A DNA stretch of 62,440 nucleotides, filler included, from Choristocarpus tenellus KU-1152 (GCA_964200185.2; 12 parts of 12 records of this genome joined end to end with filler, not necessarily neighbours in it); one strand, 5' to 3'. Counted from the first letter of the whole stretch, positions 38,435 through 52,950 are shown. Program-made: numbers and translations. The notes: generated by a model not told the origin, from the letters alone.

Positions 38435-40692
38435 GGAAGCATCTATCTCAGCAATCCCAAATATTGTGGCAAATACCTTGTGTCACCAGCACTTGGTCTG
38501 CCAGGACTCCTCAAGTGCAAGTGAGGAATGCCTATGATGATTGTGGACATCAATCGAACATACATTGTGGAACTAGTTCTCCACAGCCCTCCCCATTCCA
38601 ATGTCCACTAGGAAATGAGAATGCCGAGAGCATGCTCCTGAAGAGGTTGAAAACGACATATTGCTCAAAGTCTACTCCTATATGTACGATTTCCACATGT
38701 ACACTGTTTGCACAACTCCCTTCTCCCATGACCTGAATGTGTTTCATCATCCCTCTGAACCAGTGGGGTAATAGAACACCCAACATACGCTGGATGTCAT
38801 TGGCACATGCTTGATGCCCACCTCATTATATGGGAGTGTTTGTAACCTCCACCATGATCTTAATTCCATCCACTTGGAAAAGCAAGATATTTTGCCCTCA
38901 TACATGAACAATGCCTCAACTATATCAAGTTTGGAGACTGTTTGTCAGCAATTCTAAAGTCTATGCTCACCACCTAGACAAACCTGAACCTCCATCTAAG
39001 CAGGGATGTTCTTTGTCACCCTTCCATCTGATACTTGCATGAGAACGGATTGACCTTACTCTGAGCTAGGTTCTCTGTAGTCATCCTTGTCTGGGCAGCC
39101 CTCCTCTCTATTACCACAGTGAGTAAGTTGGGACCTCTTTGCAGAAAACATTGATTGAGTGAAGGAAACTTGAGGGGTGATACAGGGTCAGGTAAGGTAG
39201 CCTTTAGAAAATTTCCTCATTTCAAACTTGTGGGTCATACCCTGAACAAAGATTCGAAGACTGGCTCCATCTTTTCTACTCCCTACCTCAAAAGCAAAGA
39301 CAGATTTCAACCCGAATAACCTGAAACCTGAACTATCATTGAACCCACCACCTCCTTTCATCTAGTACTGAAGATACTGGAGCATAACCCACCTTGTAGT
39401 TTACTAGAGATTTTAGACGATTAAATCAGGATCTCAGGATGCTCTCCCCACAGTGTGTGAATCAACTTATCCACAAGCCTCAAGTTATCAATAACCATTG
39501 CAAGTATTCACACAGCACGCCTCGAAACACCACCTTAACAGTTTGGGCGTGGGTGCAACTATGACGTTGCACTTGCCACCGTAGAACATCAACAGTCTGG
39601 AAAAAAAGAGGTCCATCGTGTCGGATATCCACAAAGGACTGACGATACGTATCATGGACAGAGGGACCGGTTGCAACTTTAGCTACACAGGAGAGTGAGT
39701 AAACATATTGATACAGCTCTGCACTACCAGGGCAGTACTCTTGCATGGAACTAATGGCTCAGTGGAACACTGATCCAAGGTTGTTCATGGGGAACCAACC
39801 CACTAGTCTCCATCTACTCCCCGAACAGTTATCTCAATCTCCGCGTTTCTCTTGTAGCCCCTCAGTTTCACATTCTCACATCATTACCCTTTCATCATCA
39901 AGAGTCCCAAGAGCGGGTAGTGAGAATTTGACCCCTAGCAACGTGGGATCCGATGGAGACATCTGAGCTTCATCAAATTGTAATGCCACATCTGGTACCC
40001 CCAATATCACTGTCAACCACGGGCAGAGAAACAAAGGAAACAATCCACCTGGGAGTGAATGGACAAAGAAGACACACAGAGTCAAAGTATCTGGGGGGGG
40101 GTGGTTTGTGAGGGGGTGTCCGTTTCGATAAAACNNNNNNNNNNNNNNNNNNNNNNNNNNNNNNNNNNNNNNNNNNNNTTAATTAATTAANNNNNNNNNN
40201 NNNNNNNNNNNNNNNNNNNNNNNNNNNNNNNNNNCCTTGGTGGGTTGGGTCCCCCATGTGCCCACAACAGTTTTTATCTCAGCTCCCCCCCCCCCCCCCC
40301 TCCCCTACATCATCTCACATCCTTCTATTGTGCATCTCACGAAGAGATGAAACCCTCTTAAGGGCAAGGCGGTCGACCCCCTAGGTCTGTGACTTTGAGA
40401 TGCTTCAATAGTCGTAGTAAAATCTGTCCCTAGTTTTTTTTCTTCTTCCCAGTTACAGCTGCTGGCCTCTCACCGACAACCACGCGTCAGTTTGCCACTA
40501 CTGTGTTCAAAACAAAAACAATGTCTCTGTTCTACTCACTTTCTTGCATGTCTGACACCACTCACTCAACACGCTGCATCTTGTCTCCCTGACCAAGTGC
40601 TCACGCGCGCGTGCTTGTGTGTCTTCCTTGCACCACCACCTCTGTCTGCCCCTCTTTGCCAAACCAACAACCCTCCTCTTCTTCACCCGCAG

Positions 40693-41864
40693 GTTGGGCT
40701 TCCTCTACGGAGAATTTGTGGTGATGTGGGTAGTGATCCGCTCCATGGACATACCCGTGTACGTTGGTATTATGTTCACCATTCTCATTTTTCTCACGTT
40801 GTGGTCTCACGCCAAGACGATGTTCACTGACCCGGGGGCTGTTCCAAGGACGGCAAGGCCGCTGGTCACGTCTCGAGATGACGAAGAGGAACGCACGGTG
40901 CCCATTTGTGCTCGGTGTAATGCATTTAAACCCATAAGGTGAATGTGGAGGTGCTGTTTGATATCCTGTTCATTTAGGGAAAGAGAGACAGGTGGGGGGT
41001 TGGCAAGGGTACCATTGCAAGGGAGGTTTGCTGCAATTGGGTTTTTCGCTGAAAGGTTAAGAGGGGCACATTTCGGAATTGTTTTGTTCCAGTGGGATGC
41101 TGCCACTGCTGCATTTGAAAAGTTGTGGGCATTACCATGTATGGTGGATCAGAACGATCTCTCCCCCTCCTCCCCACCCCCGCCCAATACGGCAGTAAAG
41201 AATACTTTCTCTTCCTCCCCCTTCCCTGTAGCATACCTGTATGTTAGAATTATATATGTTCGAAATTGTTTCTAACACACTGTTCCTTGCCTTGCCTTGC
41301 CTTGCCCTGCCCTGCCCTGCCCTATTAATACTATGAAGATCTCATCACTGCCGCATATGTGGTCGTTGTGTGATACGAATGGATCACCACTGCCCATGGG
41401 TAAACAACTGTGTGGGTGCCGGCAACCAAAAGCACTTCCTGCTATTCCTGGTTTATGCTCTGGTAGCGAGCATCTACATACTGATCCTCATGATATACCA
41501 TTTTGTCTTGTGCCTGATAGACACCTCCTGCGAAGATTTCACCGAGCTCACAGTGAACCTTGTAAGAGTGGTACTGGTCTTGGCCTTCGCTGCTGCATTG
41601 TTCACCTTTAGTATGCTAATGAATCAGGCGGAGGGTATCATTACTGGGGTGGGCACGGTGGACAAGCTCCAGCGGGGACGAAAAAAGGGGCGTATTCGGG
41701 GTAAGCCTTCCGACTATGCCCCTATCCCATGGGAGGATGTGGTAGGAGGGGGGTCGATACTGCTGTGGTTCATCCCCACAAACCCGCACTTCAAGAAACG
41801 AGCAAGGGTCTTTGGGTACACTAATGTGGGACCTTCTCAAAGAGAAGATTATGAAGAGATTTGA
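40693..41864 (+). CDS. DHHC protein S-acyltransferase (palmitoyltransferase), 3' part, 2 exons
   Basis: Exons 40693-40938 and 41339-41864 join in phase 2. TDPGAVP motif, then [47 protein letters not shown] with flanking TM helices. Confidence 0.95.
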
Positions 41865-43492
41865 TTTCCGATTTTTTTTTATGATTGAAGGGGGGGGGGA
41901 GGCAAAAGGCGTTTCTTGTGTCTGTCTGTGTTTTGTGTCTTTTGTGTATGTGCATTTTCTATGTTTTGCTTGTGTACAACAGATCGTTAAGCTGTTAACT
42001 TGTGTGTGTGTGTGTGTGTGTCCAAGTTACTTCTTAAGTGAGGTAGAGACTGCCGGGAAAGAATGACCTGCTTTGTGTTGGTGGAACAACTTTTGAGAAA
42101 GGCAGTGAGGAATTATATCTCTGTTGAGGTCTTTTCATTCCTCTTGAGGATCATTGTTCCCTTACACAATAGCATTGTTGCTGGGTTTGTGCAGGTGTTT
42201 TTTTGTCAAGTGAAGGGTGTGGAAATTTGTACTATTACTGAGTAATGGGTAGTCTTGGAAGGCCTAGAGGTGAGAATTGCGTGCATTTTTACCACAGCCG
42301 AGTCATAGAACAGTATGGTTTCACCTGATGTTAACCCCAGGAAAGGCTCACAATTTGGTGGTAGCCTTGCTTGGATTTTTCTTGCTTATGATTGTGACCA
42401 AACTAGTTAAAGATGTGCGTATACAAGAGAGTGTGAGTACATCCTTTTTTACAGCTCGTTTCTCGTGTCCAAAAAGTCTTCAGGAATGCCTAGAAACTCA
42501 AGCTCAAATTGTGAAGTAACTTGCTTCTTATGGTATGCAATTCTCTTCTTTTTTGGTCTGAAGGATGTGGTTCAGTCATTAGTAGCATTCATGTGATTTG
42601 TTAAGGTATCACAATGAAAACACTTCTGTTGTGCTGTTAAATGCAAAGAGTATGACTTGTGAAGTGGTGTTAGTTGCCTTGCATTTGTAGTCCGGTTTGT
42701 GTGAGACTACGGACAGATAAACGATGATGTGAAATGATGTGAAATGAAAAAAAAGATGAAGAGTACACTGTACATAGAAGCAAGTAAAGACAAGAATGAA
42801 AAACAGAGTGAGAAAAAATATATGATATTGCCGTTATTGGTGGATGTGTTTCCAGCAGCTTCCTCAGACTTCGAAGCTAAAGGAGGTGTGCCGAACTCTT
42901 CCCTCAAGTCTTCGGATCCAAACATCAGTTCAACTGCACGTGGGGTAGCCTAGGATCAAGTGCCCAAAGTCACACTTTGAGGTAAAATACACAATGCTCG
43001 TGTTCCACTCCATCTAAAATTTTCTATTTTTCCTATGTTTTCTGCCCTAAATTTCGAAAAGTTTATCTTTCTTCAGACATCTAGATATTAAGATGCAAAT
43101 TCTCGAAATTCGCTCTTCAAATGAATTTGTCCAGCCTTAGGGCTTTGGGTTTCAAGTATTTCTCTACTCTGCTGTATGACCATGCTGGCCTTAACCAGCC
43201 GTGAATTCTGCTCATGTGCCATCAACTTGGACCACCAGGAGGTATTGCAGAGTGCTTATGTGCATGTGTCACGAACGTTTATGATGGATGATGAGTTGTA
43301 GGAAGAGGTGAGTACGACATGCTGTTGGAGACACCCTCAAAATTTGTCGTTACGTATTCTACGTGTTGTGATCGTTGTGTTCTCTCTGCCTAGTGTTTTG
43401 CTTCTTGTCCCCTCAATGACATTTGCAAAATGTGAGAGGGGATCAAACATCTTACTATTAGGAGAAGACTACTTTGAAGTGTACCGTGTATT

Positions 43493-43731
43493 GAGTCAAA
43501 GTAAACCAGAGGTACCCACCAGAGTTGCATTTTAAGGATGCCACCAAATACTTGTAAAATACTACATTTTTCCAATCGCGTGTAGGATATTTTCAAACAA
43601 TAGAGAAATCAACTCTCCCAAGTCAAACTTAGCACTTCAGGTATAGAAATATGGGGAATAGCAAAAGATTGAAAAACTGGCTTACGATGCAAAATGGGCA
43701 AAAACTGGGTACCCCTCGTCTACTTTGACTC
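43493..43731. mobile_element. MITE subfamily C, about 239 bp
   Basis: TIRs GAGTCAAAGTAAACCAGAGGTACCC / GGGTACCCCTCGTCTACTTTGACTC. Single copy here, no clear TSD. Confidence 0.6.
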
Positions 43732-44873
43732 ATGATGTAGAATTTTTTCCCCCCAGGACTTCTGCAAAATGTGAGTTGGGGTCAAAAACCGTAATGCTAT
43801 AGTATTATATAATGTATTATGTAGAATATATTCCCTCCCATGACAACATGTCAGAATACAGACTGTACTATTTTTTTTGAAGTACATAGTATATTAATCA
43901 GTCGACGTCTCCAATTTTATGAAGGGGCTTATAAATGTGATGCTGACACGTAATCTCCTTGCCCCAACTTCAGATAACCCNNNNNNNNNNNNNNNNNNNN
44001 NNNNNNNNNNNNNNNNNNNNNNNNTTAATTAATTAANNNNNNNNNNNNNNNNNNNNNNNNNNNNNNNNNNNNNNNNNNNNCACACCAGAACACCCCCAAC
44101 CCCCCCCCCCCCCCTCGTTAAATACATTTTTTTTCGGGAAGAGACAGGTTCTGCAATGCCCCTGAGAGAGAGATATTATCCAACGAACTCCAATTCGAAA
44201 GTAAAGTCAATATAATATAGATAAGTACCGAGGGTTTGGCCTTTTTTTTTTTTCTTTTTTTTGCAATTCACCCATACATTTATTTCCGTAAGGGACAGGG
44301 TCCGAAGTTTAAACCGAGAACATTGCGATTTCTCTATTGTTCGACCTTTTTTTTCCTTTCTTACACAATTCAGAAAACATCCTACACACACATTTTGCAA
44401 AAAACAAAACCATTTTCTTGCACACACATTTTTTTCAGTGAGAAATAGATTGATTGAAGGTCAGTAATTTCAGCTCACGATCTTCGATTTTTTTGTTGTC
44501 AATAAAATACGTAACACAAGAACATAACATCCCGTAACTATTACGGGACAACTTCCACATTATTAATATTATTATTGTTATTGGCTGTTGACTACTAGGT
44601 CGAAGTTGTGGTATCCCCAGTTGAACACCAAACATTGCTCTACAGCTATAGAAATAGGATGGCTGAGACCATCCCCTCTCGAATTTGATATACTGATGGT
44701 CACTTCGTTCACCTTGATACCTGGCAAATTAACATATTCACCGTCATCCAAAATTCCGTATACCCACCTTGGAGTCCCTGTTCACAAGGTAGGTGAACGA
44801 CCACTTGGCGTACAAGACCACTACCCTCATAAAAACACAAGAGTGTTCACATGGCTAAAGGGTTACAGGGACT

Positions 44874-44899
44874 AGGGTTAGGGTTAGGGTTAGGGTTAG
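44874..44899 (+). repeat. Interstitial (TTAGGG)n, about 4 units; a second short array at about 45116-45133
   Basis: Directly visible, downstream of the last visible gamma-adaptin exon. Confidence 0.75.
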
Positions 44900-45228
44900 T
44901 AGTGCCTCAATGAATCAACGAATGAATCCAAACACGAACACACCAAGCAGTAAGAAGTAACACCAACCAACGCCTGTCTCGACCGATGAGCACCACCGCT
45001 CACCAAAAAATAAATAAATAAATTGTACAATAATTCTTAATACTATTTTCTCATCACGATAGATGATACAATGCATAAACACCGAGGGGAACGGGGAACA
45101 GGGGGCTGGGGGGGATTAGGGTTAGGGTTAGGGATATGGTGAACACACCCCTCTCTCGCAGCGGTTCATTCAATGTGTACCTCAGCAACATAGCATGACA
45201 TAGCATAGCATGACATAACATGACATAC

Positions 45229-47853
45229 CTGTGCAGAGTTAGTTACTCGAATGACCTGTTCCACAACTGATGATCCATCCGCAGGCAATGAAGTCCCACT
45301 GGCTGGCTGCATCTCTAGCTTGAGGTACTTTGGCACTGCGGCAAGGAAGTGCAGGCCAGTGATGTCCCTAAGGGGTACAAACGAGGTCAGCGAGGGGGAA
45401 CATGAAACTAAGCTAAAACTAACCCTAAGGGGGAACAGAGGTAACACACTTGTTGTGCAATCAGTATCAATTGTGTTTTTACTATTGGAGTTTCCGGGGG
45501 TTGCCAACCCTCTTTCACCGCCTTCCATGACCGCCAGCCAACGAACGCAAGTCATCTCTACAGCATAACTAACCCTGTCAGTCAATCAAGAGATGATTAC
45601 TATTAAAAAAAAAAAGAGCACATTTTTTTGGGGTGGGAGGCAGGGGATATCATATCTTTATTATTATTTTATCTGTGGACATGTGCAATAAAAACACCAA
45701 TATACCAAACACATCCACAAAACAGCCTACAGAGATGAAATTTATCGATTACAAAGATCCCCTGGCGGCAGCACAAAAACCTCTGAAGTCCTTAAACCTT
45801 TTCTCAGTAAAGACCAACACAAAAGCACCCAAAAACCCTACACAAAACACACCACTCCAACCCTCCCCCCCTCCTTCCTGCCGCCTCTATCCGTCTATCT
45901 CTGCCCACACCACGACCCTTACTTTGGCCCAGCATTCCTGAAGGTGGCCTTGATGTTTGTTCTGGAAATATCAATCCCCACCAGAGGCTTCGACAACTCA
46001 AACATAATCACCAGCCCCTCTTTATCATACACGTTGAATGATGGTGGCTCCGGAGCCAAGAGTGATGATAAATCGGCAGCAGTAGTGGGAGGTGATGTTA
46101 CTTCCCCTGCCCCCGCCCCTGTTCCTGCTTCTTCTCCTATTCCCCCAAGCACTGGTTCTCCTAGGAGGTCCACAGGCGTCTGTCGATGGATTATGCGATG
46201 AAAAAAAATAAGAAAAGGAACGTACTATGTATTCTACAAATAGAAAACAATAGGAAAATAAAAAACAAAGCTAGACTGGCGGGCGGCAACAACTAGGGGA
46301 AACACTATTAGACCAATGGAGAAACAAGGAAAATAAGTATGAGGCTGCCTCCAATCACAATTGAGGGGAAACAACTTGTGACCAGTAAGAAAAAAGAAAA
46401 GACAAGGGGGAAGTGACAAGGCCGCCCAATGGTAACGAGGAAAGAGAACATAAACAATAAAAAAAAAAAAAAAAATTGGGAAACATTTTTGTCCCACAGA
46501 AACTAGAGCAGCTTCAAGGACCAAACTATGCAACCATCAAGTCCTATCTCTTCAAAGACAAGTGGCTTGATCTGCCCCCCTTATTCCCAAACCCGCAGGG
46601 GAAGAAACAGGTGGGGGGGGGGGGGGGGGGGGGGGGGAGGGTGGTGAAATGTCTTCAAAGATTTGCCAGAGGATGTGGTATGAGACCGGTAACAAGCTCT
46701 CTCATTATATACAGGAACCAAAGCCATGCTTGAGGGTAGGTTTATCTCCCTACCGGATGGGGAGTAAAAAACAAGATACCACCTAATGCTGTGAACAGGA
46801 CAGGTTGTTGTCACCGAACAAAAGATCGAAATCGATTCATCAACATCATCAAATCCATCAAATCGATTCTCACATGCAACGTTTGATCCACGACCACACT
46901 ACAGATCCTCGCACGCAATTGGCTGGGATGTGATGTTATCAAAAAAAAAAAGAAGGAAAAAAAAAGAACATCATCCAACATCACTCGGGGGTGGAGTACT
47001 CGTGCGTCACAGGAAGGCGCCACCAAAAGAAAACAAGATTAAAATAAAAAGAGAACGGATGGAGAGGTTAGCTTATACCCCAAAAAACTCAGCAAAAAAC
47101 CCGACTCAGCCTTTTGCCCCATTCTACGCCGCCCCCTGCTATTCCCACAATAAAAACGCCTTCCCAATACCTAATTTCTCCTCGTCCGCTCCAACTGTTG
47201 AAACAAACGATACTGATAATTAACAAGAGGGAGGTATCGCCTACAGAAGTGCAAAAATAAAATTTCACAATTTCCTCGTGCGTACATACGCCCAGGCTGC
47301 GTGCTCTGCTCGAATTTCCTCACATTCACCCTCCTTCGGAGAGTCCTAATACCCTTTGCAGGGACTGTACACCAAAACAACTTTCCTTTCCTTTCCTTTC
47401 TATATTATTTTATTTATTCTTAATCGAGAGTAGCCCGTCCTAAGCCTCTTACAAAAAAACAACTCACAAGCCGAGTGGTGTATTAATCTTCACCAAACCA
47501 CACTGATCACCCTTTCCATCGACATTCAACCAATCCACACTGATCATTCCAACGAACACACAATACTGATTGCTTGACCCACACACACTAAATGCAATCA
47601 ACAAAAACAATACAACCCCCCCCCCACATCATTCCCCATCAAACACAAAAGCTCACACCTGCTGTGGTGCCACCGGTGCTGCCACAGGCATTGAGAAAAT
47701 ATCCGCCAACAAATCCACCCCTGCCCCCTTCCCCCCCTCCTCCGCCCCCTTCCCCCCCACTCCTGCTCCAACACCATCCCCAGACAACAACAGCCCCAAT
47801 CCCGAGTCCGCAGTCCAGGAGCTCCCTCCTGCAGGAGCCACTCCCCCCTTCCC
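45229..47853 (-). CDS. AP1G1: AP-1 complex gamma-adaptin, hinge and ear domain (partial, 3 exons)
   Basis: Exons 47853-47659 (5'-truncated), 46179-45923 and 45367-45229 join in phases 0 and 2. Hinge DLL motifs, then VYDKEGLVIMF...IKATFRN...FLAAVPKYLKLEMQPASGTSLP...VEQVIRVTN, the gamma-ear signature. Final exon not on the contig. Confidence 0.88.
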
Positions 47854-47953
47854 NNNNNNNNNNNNNNNNNNNNNNNNNNNNNNNNNNNNNNNNNNNNTTA
47901 ATTAATTAANNNNNNNNNNNNNNNNNNNNNNNNNNNNNNNNNNNNNNNNNNNN

Positions 47954-50834
47954 GATGGACGGTGAATGGAACAGGCTCACATGAAGACAAGGTCGTGGAG
48001 GTGATTGAGGATGGGGATGGCAACCCATAGATAGGCACGGGCGAGGGAGGAATATAAGCAGAGCACACCACTCTTCTTCAGGAAGAGGCGGACAGGTTTC
48101 ATTTTTGGAGGATGGCAAAGGTCGGACGGAAAACCGAATGGGCACACAGGGGGGCGGGGCTGGAGAGGTGGTCGAGGATTTTGACGATGGTCGCAAGGAG
48201 AGGGGGCCGCCCCTCCACAACAACAATGAGGAGACAGGAGAGACGGTGATAAGAGGTATTACCGGGATTTGACGGACAGCCTCCCCTGCCGGTAAACCCA
48301 ACCCACAACCACCTCAGCAACCACACCAGCTCACAACGGAACACTGTGCAATCTGTTTTTCCTAGATACAACGACCAGTACTCCCTTTCTTCTGCACACA
48401 CTCACTTGATCTGGACTGTGCCTCGGCTCTATACCTCTGTGTCCAGCCCCTGCGTCCCATATCGTGCCCCACCTGCTGCACCCCGCCAGCCCAGAACACT
48501 ACTATGCTGTCATGGAGAAGAGTGTGAGAACTGAAACCATGCTGGAATCCATCCGCTCACAATTGTCCTCCACTGCTTTTGCCATCCTACCATTCCGCCT
48601 ACTCTCCATCCCATGCCCCCACCCCCCAGCTCCTCCCCCTTCATTCCCTCCCCACCCAAGCTTCCTAGAGCCTCTCCCCCCAGACCACGAGGGCACCCTT
48701 CCTTGTGGGTACTCGCTCCACCTCAACTGCATGGTTAGCCTCTGCGAAGACGCCAACCACCCTCTCACATGCCCCCACTCTGGAACACACTTACCCATTC
48801 CACCGCTTTTCAATCGTGCTTACATCACCTTCACCAGCCAAAGACACCCTCCTAGTGGGCTCATAGCCCGTCTGATGAACGCCACTGCAGCCCAAATCCA
48901 CCTCTTTTCACCACACAACATTCCAGGTCAAATCTCACACCCCAACCACCCCCCTCCACAGGTCGGAGCACCCCCTACCTCCACACCCCAACCCAACTCA
49001 CCCCCCCTTCCACCCCAGTCACCACCACCACCACCACCTACCCCCACTACCCTCCCCCTCCCCACAGGAAATCTAGGCCACCTACCACCACATCGACGTC
49101 TGCCTTGGGGGGTTTACACTCCAAGTGTAGCTTCTGCCCTTGACCAAGTCCAGATGTAGACACTAGAGCGGGTAAACATCACCGCGGTTAAGAAGGTCCC
49201 GGGCAGGTTCCGTACCGCTCACACAATCACCCTCACGCACACATGGATCTCCGGATACATGAGGTATCCGCTCCAAGGCTGGAGGGGGACACACCAACAA
49301 CAGTGGTCATCAGAGCGTCCAAACTCTTCCACATGGTCTCTGGCCTCTTACTGGCAAATGATGGAAAGTTCTTGAGGGAGGAAGTTTTGCCTGGGTGGCA
49401 TGTGGGAACATCCAAGAGCTGGTAGCATGGCTACTAGAACGGTCCCAGAGGACCAGCAGATGTAGGGAGCCACCTGGAGAGGACCCCAAATCCCACCAGG
49501 AACGTGCTGCAGCTTTGGGTCACCGCCATGAAGGAATCTCCAAGGGAGCAAGTGTTCTCCTAGCATAACCCAGAGCCCCAGGGATGGAGGAGACTTTTAG
49601 CATGCTGGTCCCCAAGCACCCGAGTGAGAACCAGGATGAGCTTAGGTAGGTCATCACATTCACAAAAGACAGGGTACAAGGGATTCAAGATCTGGGGAAG
49701 AAAGGTACTGCCCCCCTGAAGGGGAGTACACCCCCACCTCCCTTCAAACGGCCTTCATGAGGACGAACAGCAACTCTGCACCAGGCCCCTATGGGATGTG
49801 CTCTAGTCACATCAGATCAGCCATCACGACAGATGTTGGTCACGAATAAGTGGCGGAGGCGTTTGCAAAGCTCTGGGAACTAGCCTACACCTCCTCGGAC
49901 TCTTTACCTCTGGAGTTCTGGACACTTCATACAAACTCCAGATTGTCTGCAATTGGGGAGAAGTGTCGCCCGGTCATCTGCGGCTCTTTCTTCAGAAAGG
50001 CTGTGCTTCAGCTTTCTGCACAGACTGGCGCCCCTACCTGGAGGAATTACTCGGTGGAGTGGGAAAATTTGGCGTTGGGGTCCCAAATGGGGTAGAGCAT
50101 GCACTCTTAGACATTTGCCTAAGGAAGGAGTGTGGAGAAAGGGTCATCAGTCTAGACGGAAGAAATACTTTCAACAGCGTGCGCCGCTCAGCCTTCATCA
50201 AGGCTCTCCCAGAGACTCTACCAGGACTGCTGCTTTACGCCTCCAAGATATATGAGGACAAGCAAAATCTTCTTTTCCCCCTGGATGAGGGAGGGATGAA
50301 GATCCTACCATCAAGATCAGGGGCACAACAGGGAGACCCCCTTGGCCCCCTCTTATATTGCATTGCAACACATAAGGTACTACAGCAGATCCAATCTGCT
50401 TTTGGACCCCAGGGGATTTCCTCCCGAAGCTATCTGGATGACACGTCCATATCTGCAAGGGAGATCGGCCCAAACACCATAGCTGCTTTCGAGCAGTTGA
50501 AAACTGACCTCCATGAGGTGGGCATTAACTTGATCATGGCCATGACCTTTGCCGCACATCACCAGGGCCACCAACCCACGCCCTCCGAACTGGGGCTTCT
50601 TTCTACAGCGGGAATCAACCTAGCCCAGAACCCCAATGATAGCGCCAGATCTGGAGTTCTGCGCTCTTGTGCCCGACGTCTTTGCCTCGATCATGAGTTC
50701 AGCATCTTTCGTCTGCAGTCAAACAGAAATGCCCCGTCACCCTATTTCTAAGGACACCGGTGTTGCCAATGTGAATTGTGTGATTCTATGGCGGCGTAGT
50801 TCACTCAGGCAAGGGTGGTGAAGAGAATCATCGG
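47954..50834 (+). mobile_element. Decayed non-LTR retrotransposon, CRE/SLACS-like reverse transcriptase
   Basis: RPVICG, KFGVGVPNGVEH, SLDGRNTFNSVRR, GAQQGDPLGPLLY and YLDD at about 49960-50450. Upstream Cys/His and Pro-rich segment. Frameshift near 50000 and upstream stops. Confidence 0.85.
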
Positions 50835-52799
50835 NNNNNNNNNNNNNNNNNNNNNNNNNNNNNNNNNNNNNNNNNNNNTTAATTAATTAANNNNNNNNNN
50901 NNNNNNNNNNNNNNNNNNNNNNNNNNNNNNNNNNCCGAGTAAGAGTCTCTGGGTGGCGAATAAGAGAAACAAGAGGTCAGGAGGCCTGGCTGCAGAGGTA
51001 CGTGCAGATGAGGGGGTGCCGCAGAACAAGAGGGGGAGGGGGGGAGATCAACCAGAGACGAGGCAAGGGCCTGCACGACTGCAATGAGAAAAATGTGGGA
51101 CCTGAATGTCGCCAGACGGAATGCTCAAGAGGATAGGGAAGCTGATGCCAAAGAGCAAATATAGAAACTCAAGTTGTTCAGCAGAGGTCTTTTCCAATAA
51201 AACAGGTGCGTGAACTGCTGATCTTGTACTAACAGTTCGTCATCTACAATCATATGGGTCAAACCAAGGCAGTGGAGAGTGTTCGCCTAGCAGCGGGAGT
51301 GGAATAAGACGAGGTTTTTTACACTGTGAAACTTGGAGAATGGGGAGATCTATTGCGACCCTGGGAATGGGATAGGGACTGTTCCAGAGGACAACGATAA
51401 GAGGGGCAAGCTCCTTAAACCACACTTCAATGAGATGGACTCTTCATCCTTACATGGCACTCATTGGGAAACATGGTCTTCCGTCAGGATTTTGTGACCT
51501 GGGTAAAGACAAAGTTGGAATGGAACTCTAATTGAAGTGTCTGGGTATCATCCTGAAGCACTCGGGCGATGTTCGGAGAAGGGGTCAAGCCAAGATCCTA
51601 CCACTGACAGAGGAGAGGAAAGCAAGTTTCCGCAGGTTCCTGGTTGAATACTCAGGGTCCTTTTGGAGGAGGTTTAAAAGGGGAGAACGATTGCAAAAGT
51701 GAGAGATCAGATAAAACTGGGGTGGTACGATGACCCTAACTGGGATCAGATTGAGCATGGACGGAAACCACCAGACTGTGACAAGCTGGTTGCCCATGCC
51801 CAGAGGGAGACGAAAAAATAAATCAAGACAGAGGAAAAGATACTGAAGGGAGACATATTCAACCTCACGGATGTTCTGGATGAGCTGAAAGATTCAGTCG
51901 AGTTAGCAAGACCAATGGATGCTGTAAAGGGGGGAGTGGATTAGATTTTACAGGAGGGTATGAGGTGGAACTCATGATAAGATGGTGACAATGACAACAT
52001 CGAAGCTGAGGAATCTGAGCCTGTAATTTAATGTTGAATATCAAGAGACAACCCAATTACATTCGGAGAACTCCAAGTACTTTTTTTCTTAAAATAATCT
52101 CCACTGGTAATCAAAACAATTTGAGCCACCAAAGAAACATCCTATGAGCCCTGTGTATATCAGAGCATTCTAATGACAGGTTTCACACAATGAACAGAGA
52201 AAACAATTTCGTAAATATAAAAACAACAAAAATACCCCCTTACACAAATGATGCACCCTGTTACACACTGTATTGCAAATCCAAAGCGCTACTACAGCTT
52301 AATCAATGTGTTAGGACATTGGACTTTTTCTTCCATAGATAAAATAGGCAACTCTTCTGCGTTAAGACCTCAAAGATTTCGCCCCTATCTTGCTTCCTTG
52401 AGTCCACTCAGAGTTGAAACACCCTCAACCTTCCTTGCCACAAGGCAGCAGGCCTCTTCTCAGGACACCCCCATGTTTGATTCACCACATCAGTGTTGGT
52501 TAATTCTTCATAGCAATCAATCAACCAAGCCTCATCTCAGAGCACGGCACCTGATTCATCTCACTGTAATAAATCACTACTTCATCACACTACACCAACC
52601 TTCAAATTACAAGACAACAACCTCTTCACAGAGCATTCACCTCGAACAAACTTGTTGTCACCAATGTGTGCTTCAATGGCCTGGATCATCCAGTCAAAGA
52701 TTTCAGCAGGTCATGGTCTTCTACAGGACACCTCCCAACAAGGCAACCTCAAGATCTACTTCTCCTATGACTGTACCGTGTTCATCTCGGCACCCACTC

Positions 52800-52950
52800 C
52801 ATCAAAGTCGACATGAACCGCTAGATCAAATTGTCCATCTTCTCTGGCATCAACTCTGCCTGACCTGCCTTCAAGGCGGACTTTGTGGATATCATTGTTT
52901 GCATTGCCTCTCGTGCCTCACATCCTGGTCCAACCACATCTTCGACCTCT
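52800..52950 (+). pseudogene. Possible degraded LTR-retrotransposon gag fragment
   Basis: IKLSIFSGINSA*PAFKADF resembles the gag N-terminal KLP.F.G....WP.FK..F pattern, with in-frame stops. Confidence 0.3.

Noticed and set aside
34456-40134. Integrated phaeovirus around the EsV-1-7 gene
   Set aside because: The gene has canonical introns and no viral core genes or dense intronless ORFs are nearby.
44560-44780. Protein-like minus-strand frame (TPRWVYGILDDGEYVNLPG...) as the final gamma-adaptin exon
   Set aside because: Wrong phase for the donor at 45228 and no resemblance to the last ear strands. Left unassigned.
50935-52050. Purine-rich degenerate reading frames as a LINE fragment
   Set aside because: Frequent stops and no RT or endonuclease motif.
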